A stretch of 62,991 bases of DNA, filler included, from Globobulimina sp. (Eukaryota): NCBI GenBank assembly GCA_003354225.1. It is 13 parts of 13 records of this genome, joined end to end, with 100 filler letters (N's around TTAATTAATTAA, not from the genome) between each part and the next. Parts side by side here need not be neighbours in the genome. Positions count along the whole stretch, not along the records: positions 33,991 to 38,742 come from PIVH01000949.1; positions 38,843 to 43,594 come from PIVH01000950.1; positions 43,695 to 48,446 come from PIVH01000951.1; 10 more parts are not named here. One strand, written 5' to 3'. How positions within the stretch are numbered: position 1 is the stretch's first letter; every line of letters starts with the position of its first letter. Under the pieces are notes generated by a model, which saw only the letters and a program-made list of their open reading frames with translations, was not told the origin of the DNA and made no database searches. The translations under genes were made by a program, and so were the position numbers. This document shows positions 35,994 through 44,294 of the stretch, in pieces.

Positions 35994-36821
35994 ATGAAAG
36001 TTGTATTTAAAGATTTAAAAGCGAATTGTGTGGAACTTAATAAGTCAAGTTTATTAAAGAAAAAAATTAAAATTATTGGTGTAAAAAAAGATATAGTTTT
36101 AACAAATTTTATAGATGAAATTGACGATCTTATTGATAATAATAAGGGTGATGAAGTTCCAGAAAGTGTATATAGTTATTATCAAACTCTTGATGAATCT
36201 AATAGAATGGAAGTTGTAAGTGAAAAAGTTGGAAAAGAAATTGTAGATGATTTTATTGAAAATAAAGAAGAAAAAAATAAAGAAGAAAAACCGATTGAAA
36301 AAAAGAATGTTAAAAGTATTGAAATCGAAAATAAAAAAGAAGTTGAAAAAGAAATTGAAAAAGTATTTGAAGATTATGTTGTTAATGTAGATACTGATGA
36401 AGATTGCCCGGTATTTGGAGAAGAATTTGACATTAAAAATAATGATTGTATCCAATGTAATACTCATTTCCCTAATGATTATAAAGAGTGTAAAAAGATT
36501 TTTGAAAAAAATACAAAAAAAACAGAAAAAAAGGTAACTAAAGTAAAAGAGAAAACTCAAAAAAATATATATAATCATGGGATTGAAAAACAACCTGGGA
36601 AAATTGATGAATTTATGATTAATGGTGCAAAATTTATTGAAATTATAGAAATGTTTATGGATGAATTTAATATTAAAAAAAGTACTGCTAAAAGTAGGAT
36701 AATTTCCCACTATAAACATCTTGTTAAGTCACATAGTGTAACACTTGTTGATAATATTATACTTTCTGGTAAAATTGATGAAAAAACTCAAATAAAAATT
36801 GATGGGGGGGAAATAAAATAA
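35994..36821 (+). CDS. Hypothetical phage protein, K/E-rich, with a four-Cys motif
   Basis: AAGGAG RBS; CPVFG...CIQC...C motif; stop overlaps the next start. Confidence 0.7.
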   Translation: MKVVFKDLKANCVELNKSSLLKKKIKIIGVKKDIVLTNFIDEIDDLIDNNKGDEVPESVYSYYQTLDESNRMEVVSEKVGKEIVDDFIENKEEKNKEEKPIEKKNVKSIEIENKKEVEKEIEKVFEDYVVNVDTDEDCPVFGEEFDIKNNDCIQCNTHFPNDYKECKKIFEKNTKKTEKKVTKVKEKTQKNIYNHGIEKQPGKIDEFMINGAKFIEIIEMFMDEFNIKKSTAKSRIISHYKHLVKSHSVTLVDNIILSGKIDEKTQIKIDGGEIK

Positions 36822-37549
36822 TGGGTAAAATTAATATTAATGCAAAAGTTTTAAGTAGTTTTCTAAAAAAGATTTATTTAAATGGAAAAATTAATTGTTG
36901 TAAAATTTCTACATTTAAAGATGGGGTTTGGCTTATTGAAGCTATTGATGAATCAACTTCAGTATTGCTTTCATGTCAAATAAATATTGGAACAAAAGAA
37001 GAATGGGACCTTGGTATAGGTGATATTAGTTTATTGACAAAATGGCTTTCAACTATTGGTAATGATGAAATTGAAGTTAAAAAAAAAGATAATAAAATTA
37101 CTTTTAAAAGTAAGAAGAAAGGAAATTTAAATTATTTATTAACAGAAGTTGATTGTATTAGTACTCTTCTTGAAATTGATGGTGATAAATCCCCACTTGA
37201 CAATATATTAGCTGAAATTGAATTTGAAATAAAATTATCAAAAAATGATAAAGATAGTTTTATTTCATTAATAAATGTTATCAAGTCGGAAATAGTAATT
37301 CTTGAAAATAATAAAGGTAATGTTCAATTAATTGGGGGTTCTGATAAAGAACATTCTTTTGAATTACCAATAGGGGAAATAAAAAACAAAAATTCTTTTG
37401 AAATTTCTGTTGATGGCAACGCATTATTAAATATTCTATCTGTTATTGATAATGAAGCTATTCTTCTTTTTCAAAAAAATATCCCAATTGTAATAAAACA
37501 AAATGATGATTTTATATATGCTGTTAATATTGTAGAAGATGAAGAATAA
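36821..37549 (+). CDS. Putative DNA sliding clamp (PCNA/gp45-like)
   Basis: 242 aa, two-domain size, IEAIDESTSVLL resembling PCNA QAMDSSHVSL; directly upstream of the clamp loader. Confidence 0.65.
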   Translation: MGKININAKVLSSFLKKIYLNGKINCCKISTFKDGVWLIEAIDESTSVLLSCQINIGTKEEWDLGIGDISLLTKWLSTIGNDEIEVKKKDNKITFKSKKKGNLNYLLTEVDCISTLLEIDGDKSPLDNILAEIEFEIKLSKNDKDSFISLINVIKSEIVILENNKGNVQLIGGSDKEHSFELPIGEIKNKNSFEISVDGNALLNILSVIDNEAILLFQKNIPIVIKQNDDFIYAVNIVEDEE

Positions 37550-37562
37550 AAAAGGAATTAAT

Positions 37563-38483
37563 ATGAAAAACTTTATTTGGTTCGAAAAATTTCGACCTAA
37601 CCAATTAGATGAAATGGTTTTACCATCATCTACAATAGATACTTTTAAAAGTTTTATAGAAAATGAAGAAATACCTCATTTATTATTACATGGAATTCAA
37701 GGTAGTGGGAAAACATCAATAGCAAAAATATTAATTAATAGTATTCCGTGTACATCAATGGTTCTTAATGCTTCATCTTCTGATAGAGGAATTGAAACGG
37801 TAAAAGGTAAAATTAAAAATTTTGCATCAAGTAAAACTGAGATTGGCAAAAAAATAAAAATAATATTTTTAGATGAATTTCACTCTATGACATTACAAGC
37901 TCAGGAAGCATTGAAAAATACAATGGAAACTTATAGTTCTAACTGTAGATTTATTCTAACTGCAAATGAAATTTCAAAAGTTATCGACCCCATTCGTAGT
38001 CGATGTATGTTATTTGAATTTTCTTCTTTTCCAAAGGATAGTTTATTTAATTTATGCTGTGATATCCTTGATAACGAAAATGTTAAATTTGAAGATGATA
38101 ATGTTGATGCTATAATTGACCGACTATATCCTGATATCAGGTCTGTTGTTAATAATCTACAAAAGTGTTCTATTTCAGGTAAACTTGATATTTCAGGTTT
38201 AATGAGTTTTAATATTTCTATTGATGAAATTATTAAATTAATTAAAAATGGTGAACTTAGAAAGTTGAGAGAATCATGGGCTGGTTCTGGTTCGTTTTTT
38301 TGGATTTATAATATTTTATTTAATAAATTTATAGAATCTGTAAAGGATTCTCATAAGCCACAAATAGCTCTTATTATTGGTGAATTTTTACATAGAGATA
38401 GTACAATTGCCGACAAGGAAATAAATGTTTCTGCTTGTTTAGTTCAAATAATGGTGGAGTTAGAAATTGAAATATTATGGTAA
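37563..38483 (+). CDS. Clamp loader AAA+ subunit (RFC small subunit/gp44-like)
   Basis: WFEKFRP, PHLLLHGIQGSGKTS, LNASS.RGI, FLDEF, FILTAN, PIRSRC. ATG 37563 follows AAAGGA; alternative start 37539. Confidence 0.92.
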   Translation: MKNFIWFEKFRPNQLDEMVLPSSTIDTFKSFIENEEIPHLLLHGIQGSGKTSIAKILINSIPCTSMVLNASSSDRGIETVKGKIKNFASSKTEIGKKIKIIFLDEFHSMTLQAQEALKNTMETYSSNCRFILTANEISKVIDPIRSRCMLFEFSSFPKDSLFNLCCDILDNENVKFEDDNVDAIIDRLYPDIRSVVNNLQKCSISGKLDISGLMSFNISIDEIIKLIKNGELRKLRESWAGSGSFFWIYNILFNKFIESVKDSHKPQIALIIGEFLHRDSTIADKEINVSACLVQIMVELEIEILW

Positions 38484-38742
38484 AGTTAATAAAAGGTGAT
38501 TGTTTAAAAGAAATCTCAAATATCTGTGATGAATCTATTGATTTAATAATTACTGACCCACCATATATTATGAATTATAAAACAGGTTATAGAAAAAATA
38601 AAAATCATGACTTTTGCAAAGAAATTATAAATGATGGAAAAGATAGTTTTAAATTAATTGAAAAAATAATTATAGAATTTAAAAGGGTTTTAAAGAATAA
38701 TTCAGCAGGGTATATTTTTTTGTAATTCAGTTAATATTGATG
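38477..38742 (+). CDS. DNA N4/N6-methyltransferase, N-terminal part; apparent +1 frameshift in a T7 run, truncated by contig end
   Basis: GDCL...SIDLIITDPPY...RVLK motifs. Removing one T at 38715-38721 gives GYIFCNSVNID. Confidence 0.8.
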
Positions 38743-38880
38743 NNNNNNNNNNNNNNNNNNNNNNNNNNNNNNNNNNNNNNNNNNNNTTAATTAATTAANN
38801 NNNNNNNNNNNNNNNNNNNNNNNNNNNNNNNNNNNNNNNNNNATCTAGTGAAAAAAGATTTATTTGAGTTTTTTTTTAAT

Positions 38881-40719
38881 TTAATTTGTGTTTGCAAAAG
38901 GATTTAAAATATTTTTATGTTGTGTTATGTTTTTATTAATGATGTTCATAAACTGATACTGACGATTATAATCATCGTCGATATCATACACATTCCCTAT
39001 CACTTCCTCATTTGGCTGCAGTTCCAATTCCGCTGTTGTGTTATTTTCTATTTCTATTGCAATATCATTTAAACTTTTGTTATATTCGCATATTTGTTTT
39101 GTATAAAATTTGAATGGATTCAGAGGATGATGCAAATCAAACAGCGCACCATTTAGATATTGATATATAATGTCATCCACAAATAAAACACTTGGAATAA
39201 ATCTTAATTTAAAGTATGAGCCAAATCGCAATAACCCACGCAACTGTGGCCTGATTCGAAAGCAATTGTTTTCGAATGAATCGTTATATAACATCCCCAT
39301 TACCATCAAATTAAATAAATACTCCACAAATCTTTTATTATCCTTACAATCAATCATTAATAACTCATACAGCCATTTTTGTAAATGTTCAAAGGACCAA
39401 AACATTATATCTTGGAATTTAATAAATTGCACAATTTCATATTGTAACTGTTGCTGTGTGGCCTCATCAAACTCATCCATTGCAACGTATTTATGCGCCA
39501 ATGAGATAACAAACTTTCCATAGCCACTATTCATACATTTCATACCCGTGATAACTTTAAAAAACTCAACAATATTCTCATTGAATTTAAATTGACATTT
39601 TAACAAAGCTAACAAACAAAACTGCCAAACACTGTTTGAATCAACATATTGTTTGCAAAATAAGTACAGGAAATGGTGAGGCAAACATGCATTGAATATC
39701 CATTCATAAGTTGACGACCATCCGTATGCATACTGAGCAGCGGTCAGTTTACTTTCAAACTGCAAACAATTTAATTTCAACGCTATGACTGCACATTCTT
39801 TCTCTTCTTTGTCATCAATGATATCCAACGAAATTGCATTCATATCATTCATCTCGTTATCGTTTGAATTGTTGGAATGTTTATAAGTATGTTGCTGTTT
39901 AAGTTTGTGTGGCATTGGTTGCGTGATTGAAGAATATAAATAAGTTCGTTTTTGATTGTCATTGGGATATAAAATGTCGATGCAATGTTTAATATGTTTT
40001 AGCTGATGTTGAGTTATATAATTATTGTTTTTGTTTAGTAATATTTTGAATGAATGTATAATAATATCCAATAATCCGCTGTCTTTATGTTGTATAATAT
40101 ATTCAATGATAAATGCGGAATAATGCACAATTTTATGCAATGCTCGTTTAATTAAAAATATTTTCACCATTTCTTTCCATCCGATTACGTTTGGATTGTA
40201 ATAATTTATCACCTCCTCCAACAATGAGATGCATTCGTTGTGATTTGTTGCTTTCAATGAAATCTCACAAATATATTTCCATGATTTGGATGACAATGAT
40301 ACGGTGTGGCCGTGGTACGTGCCGTGGTTTAAAATGTATCGTTTAATAAAATAACTGCCTTTCGTCCATGATTCATTTGTGTTGTAATAATTTAGCATGC
40401 ATTCAATGTCATATTTTGTGGGTGCAAATTTTTTATAATAGTTTTTCCAGATTGGTTCCACTAAATATGTTGCGTGAGGTAACGACGTCGATAGTTGTAA
40501 TATAAAACTGCCGTTTGACATATCTTTTGCGTGCTCGATGTCATCGTAGAATGAAATAAATCGAGATTTAGCAATTATCGCATTTAAATCTGGTTGGGGT
40601 AAATGGTGTTGATCTGGTTGTTGGTACGGTGGAATATGAACAAAATGTTGACATAATGCAGTCAATTTTGGTCCAATAGCTATTGTTTTATGAGGAAGAA
40701 ATCTCTGGAAAAGAGTCAT
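38881..40719 (-). CDS. Hypothetical helical protein (612 aa)
   Basis: Long uninterrupted ORF in AT-rich DNA; no motif recognised. Confidence 0.65.
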   Translation of the reverse strand: MTLFQRFLPHKTIAIGPKLTALCQHFVHIPPYQQPDQHHLPQPDLNAIIAKSRFISFYDDIEHAKDMSNGSFILQLSTSLPHATYLVEPIWKNYYKKFAPTKYDIECMLNYYNTNESWTKGSYFIKRYILNHGTYHGHTVSLSSKSWKYICEISLKATNHNECISLLEEVINYYNPNVIGWKEMVKIFLIKRALHKIVHYSAFIIEYIIQHKDSGLLDIIIHSFKILLNKNNNYITQHQLKHIKHCIDILYPNDNQKRTYLYSSITQPMPHKLKQQHTYKHSNNSNDNEMNDMNAISLDIIDDKEEKECAVIALKLNCLQFESKLTAAQYAYGWSSTYEWIFNACLPHHFLYLFCKQYVDSNSVWQFCLLALLKCQFKFNENIVEFFKVITGMKCMNSGYGKFVISLAHKYVAMDEFDEATQQQLQYEIVQFIKFQDIMFWSFEHLQKWLYELLMIDCKDNKRFVEYLFNLMVMGMLYNDSFENNCFRIRPQLRGLLRFGSYFKLRFIPSVLFVDDIIYQYLNGALFDLHHPLNPFKFYTKQICEYNKSLNDIAIEIENNTTAELELQPNEEVIGNVYDIDDDYNRQYQFMNIINKNITQHKNILNPFANTN

Positions 40720-40793
40720 TATTTAATGTTCGATCAAAAAAACGTTTTGGCATTGTATATGATGTCCGTAAAGCCGATGTTAACTAAAGTTGT

Positions 40794-42512
40794 CTATTTA
40801 TGATGAGATTGCATAAACATATCAAGCAAAGACATATTTTGATGATTGACAGAGTTTTGCATATCATTCTCATTGTATGTCTCTTGTATTACCTTCGCAG
40901 TTAACTCTTTACCAATCGCTTGCAATGCATTTGGTTGTAATTGCGAAGATATTTTGCATATTTCCGACGAAGATACAAATTGCTTACATCTCGCAAAATT
41001 ATTTAGATTTGTTTTACTTTCAATATCAGTCTTTGTTTCGCTCATTTCCATCACATTCAATTTATTATTTGTGTTGAAAAACGGCGGTTTGATCTCAGTC
41101 AATGATTGCGAGATATTTTTACTTTCAATCCAATGTTTAAAATTATGGCTCAATTCTTTCTTTGCGGAGTTTGGCAACGAATAGGTTTGCAAACAATATT
41201 CGTGGAAAGGAAACTGTTTATTTTTAGTTAAATAGCATTCGTTATTCGCCCTCAACTCATTATACATCGTATTATATCCTTCAATGTTTTTTGTATAAAT
41301 AAGCGATATCAAATACAACTGCATTCCAATCAACTTAATGCAGTGAGTTATCCTTAGTTTATTATCATATTTGCATTTGATAAAATATTTACTATTTACA
41401 TCCACATTTGCTTTATAATTTGCTCTCAGCGTCGCAATCTTCTTTTTGTTGATGAACTTCATTAGCAATCTCGAGGTATCATTAAGTTGCGACGGTGTAA
41501 TCAGTACAATATTTAATGTGATCCAATGGCTCCAATCGAAAGGATCCATGGCATCGTTCGGCACCTTTGTCCATTCTAAGTTTAATATGTCATTATATTC
41601 TGCGGCGGAATGGCATTCATTGTCATATGTATTGAAAAACAGGGACTTATACAGATGTTTGTGGTTTATATTATCGATGCAGCAAACCATTGGGATGGTG
41701 AGCGAGGTCTTAATCGCTGTGATTGGGTCCTTGAAGGGCACAGAAACAATGTTCAATGTCCTGATTGTGGATGGAAACTGAATGCGAGTCAATAAATTCA
41801 ATAACGAATCGTGCAAATTGTTGATTGTAACGACAGATTCATAGAAATCAATCATGTCTTCTTGTTTGCAGTCAGTGTAAGCAGTGTTTGTGGTTTTTAT
41901 CCACGTCTTTTTATCATTATTTTCGTCGGATTTATCATATTTTAATATGTACACTTTTTGAATGGAATGGTTTCTTATTTTGGCAGTTTTGCATAACAGC
42001 GTGAAATTAATTTGTTTATTCGCTTCATCCGTTTCCTCGATTAAATATTTATAATTTTTAATATTTTCTTGGTTTCGCGCAATGAATAAAATGTGAGTTA
42101 TTGGCGGGAATTGATGTGAATTGAACGGAGAGGAATATTGGTGTGAATTGTAAAAATCAGACGGTAATTCTAATAGAAATCGTTCCATTGCTTCAACAAA
42201 TTTGGTGTCCGATGACTTTTGAATGCCATTTATAAAGGAAAACCTCTCCAAACTAGCAATGTAGTCAGATTTGGTGATGCTAGTTTGTGAATGGATCTTA
42301 TCGCCACACGAAATAATGTCAAATGTAATAAATGAAGGATGCAAATCAAATATAATTCGCATATATTCGGCCACCGATTCTAAGATTAATGATAGAAAAT
42401 TGCGATTAAATTGTAATTGGTAGCTTGCTTTTTTTAATTGAACGGTTTGTGATTCTGCATCGAGAGTGCAAGGATCAAATAAAATTGCAATATGATGGCG
42501 TAACGAAGACAT
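40794..42512 (-). CDS. Integrator subunit 13 / Asunder-like protein
   Basis: Colinear blocks recalling INTS13: HIAILFD, ESVAEYMRIIFDLHP, TLNIVSVPFKD, LEW, ITP...LLMKFI, ITHCI...QLYLISL. Confidence 0.55.
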   Translation of the reverse strand: MSSLRHHIAILFDPCTLDAESQTVQLKKASYQLQFNRNFLSLILESVAEYMRIIFDLHPSFITFDIISCGDKIHSQTSITKSDYIASLERFSFINGIQKSSDTKFVEAMERFLLELPSDFYNSHQYSSPFNSHQFPPITHILFIARNQENIKNYKYLIEETDEANKQINFTLLCKTAKIRNHSIQKVYILKYDKSDENNDKKTWIKTTNTAYTDCKQEDMIDFYESVVTINNLHDSLLNLLTRIQFPSTIRTLNIVSVPFKDPITAIKTSLTIPMVCCIDNINHKHLYKSLFFNTYDNECHSAAEYNDILNLEWTKVPNDAMDPFDWSHWITLNIVLITPSQLNDTSRLLMKFINKKKIATLRANYKANVDVNSKYFIKCKYDNKLRITHCIKLIGMQLYLISLIYTKNIEGYNTMYNELRANNECYLTKNKQFPFHEYCLQTYSLPNSAKKELSHNFKHWIESKNISQSLTEIKPPFFNTNNKLNVMEMSETKTDIESKTNLNNFARCKQFVSSSEICKISSQLQPNALQAIGKELTAKVIQETYNENDMQNSVNHQNMSLLDMFMQSHHK

Positions 42513-42564
42513 TGCTTATATTTTTTAGAAAACTTTTTTTCTCACATAATCTTTTTGTCATGAG

Positions 42565-42936
42565 ATGGGTCCTTCAAGGTCTTGTACCATTTATATTAAA
42601 ATGTTGAATAATTCCAAAAGTAAACAAAAAAGAACAGATCAGGAATTTTACTCATTTTTAAATAAAGCATTCAAAGAACATATCGAATCTCCCACTATCA
42701 ACTCGGAGGAAATCCAGTGGAAATTATATGTCTATCCTCGCGGTCATAAAACAAATTGCGATTTCGTTGAGTTTTGGTTATCATCAATAAATGGGCAAAA
42801 CCATTACCATTCGAAAATAAAACAACTGACCGTTTCCATAGAATTAAGTTGCTCCATTTTTAACTTTAACCGCAATATCCACAGCTTCAAGAATTTCTTC
42901 ATCTCCAAGTTTCATACTTTTTGCCTGATAATATAG
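42565..42936 (+). CDS. MATH-domain-like protein fragment
   Basis: IESPTI...WKLYVYPRG...FVEFWL motif; ORF ends early. Confidence 0.5.
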   Translation: MGPSRSCTIYIKMLNNSKSKQKRTDQEFYSFLNKAFKEHIESPTINSEEIQWKLYVYPRGHKTNCDFVEFWLSSINGQNHYHSKIKQLTVSIELSCSIFNFNRNIHSFKNFFISKFHTFCLII

Positions 42937-43234
42937 ATGTTCATAGCAAGGAATACAATTTACAGCTGCTGCTGTCCCTATTGAAATAAGCATTTGTGTT
43001 TTCTTATCCATTTTATCATAATCTCCTTTTAATTTAAGGAACCTCTAATAATTAGAATTTTGATTGAAATACAAGGCATTAGAAAAAATAACGAGCTGAT
43101 TTTACAACAGTTTTTTTTTCGTAATAACGAAGTAGTTCGATTAAAAGGCGGTTATTAGAGATTCCCTTATATAAATTTAGTTTTTATTTGAAAATATACT
43201 TTCAACATCAAGAAGTATATTTATACCATCGATG

Positions 43235-43413
43235 ATGACCCATTGCTCCGGATCATTGTGGGTCGGTTCAAATACGGGGCCACCGAGACGCAGAGGGTGA
43301 CGCGTTGTCTGGGCAAAAACGGGCTGAATCGCGCCGGTCATGGCCAGCGCTGTTCCTGCCAGCGTACTTTTTATCAGGTTCCGTCTTGAGAGTTGTTTGT
43401 TTGAAGTTGCCAT
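43235..43413 (-). CDS. Bacterial Tat-signal protein N-terminus (possibly sugar-phosphate isomerase/epimerase family), cut at a chimeric junction
   Basis: GGAG RBS, LSRRNLIK twin-arginine signal, LRLGGPVF...DPEQW. Abrupt switch to AT-rich DNA near 43232. Confidence 0.6.
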
Positions 43414-43801
43414 GTCTTTTCTCTCCAGGGTCTTAGGACTTTGTTCAAAAGAACTGTCAGGTTAGAGAGTATCATGCCCTTCACAAATATCAAGAAATAA
43501 TCGTGGTGCTCAGTGATGGGATGTTCTGCGTTCGCTCAGGGAGTCGGGCATGAAAAGGTTTGATTTGCCGGGCATCCGTGGTATCCTTTGCACANNNNNN
43601 NNNNNNNNNNNNNNNNNNNNNNNNNNNNNNNNNNNNNNTTAATTAATTAANNNNNNNNNNNNNNNNNNNNNNNNNNNNNNNNNNNNNNNNNNNNCCCAGT
43701 GAAGAATCTAATCACTTTGTTTCGCGTTTTTCTTTTCATTTCTATGCGGGATTTTACTATTTATTATATTTAAACTTGTGTAGATTGTAAATAAAGGGAG
43801 T

Positions 43802-44172
43802 GACACATCCTATCTTTTAGGATATTGTCGGCCATATCCTATCTCTTAGGGTATATGGCTATTTATTTAAAGCGCCTATCTTTCAGGCCACGTTCAGCCG
43901 TCCTCTACGGGCTTTGTATAGGTACTCTGGTGACAGCGCCGGAGTAACGTTTAGTTGTTTGAATATTATATGTCAATACTTGGGTAAAAGTACTACCATT
44001 CACTCTGAATGGATTTTATTAATAGTTTATAATATATTGAGGGCAGGGAAAGACAGAAGGAAGTGACAGAAAAAACCGTTACTTTCAGAAACAAATCTTA
44101 GAATGAGAAAGGCTGTATCATTCTATGCTGTACAGAGACCCAGCTGCAGTACCGTGCATTTCCTGAATAGCC
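43802..44172 (+). ncRNA. Candidate structured RNA: array of stem-loops with pyrimidine-rich loops
   Basis: Hairpins at 43802-43829, 43831-43859, 43874-43888, 43896-43913, 43923-43946, 43996-44012 and a branched fold at 44111-44172. CCTATCTYTYAGG occurs three times; G-U pairs favour the + strand. Confidence 0.45.
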
Positions 44173-44294
44173 AGCCAATTCCACCAAAAAAAAGGTTTTT
44201 GAAAAAAGTGTCAGGTAAAGTGTCAGAAGAGAAGACGTAAAAAGTGATCAATTTTAATTATGATAACACGACAATTAAAAAAGCACAGAAAATA

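Larger units (their letters stand above)
33991..38742 (+). mobile_element. Prokaryotic virus (phage-like) DNA replication module
   Basis: Intronless, co-directional, abutting or overlapping ORFs with Shine-Dalgarno sites (e.g. AAGGAG before 35994). Gene order is helicase, clamp, clamp loader, methyltransferase. Confidence 0.75.

Noticed and set aside
36099-36719. 206-aa antisense F/I-rich ORF, and similar shadow ORFs elsewhere
   Set aside because: Mirror of K/E-rich or Q-rich codons on the coding strand; no independent coding signal.
43802-44172. Hammerhead ribozyme or true tRNA in the hairpin region
   Set aside because: No CTGANGA core paired with GAAA found on either strand, and no TTC T-loop or canonical cloverleaf.
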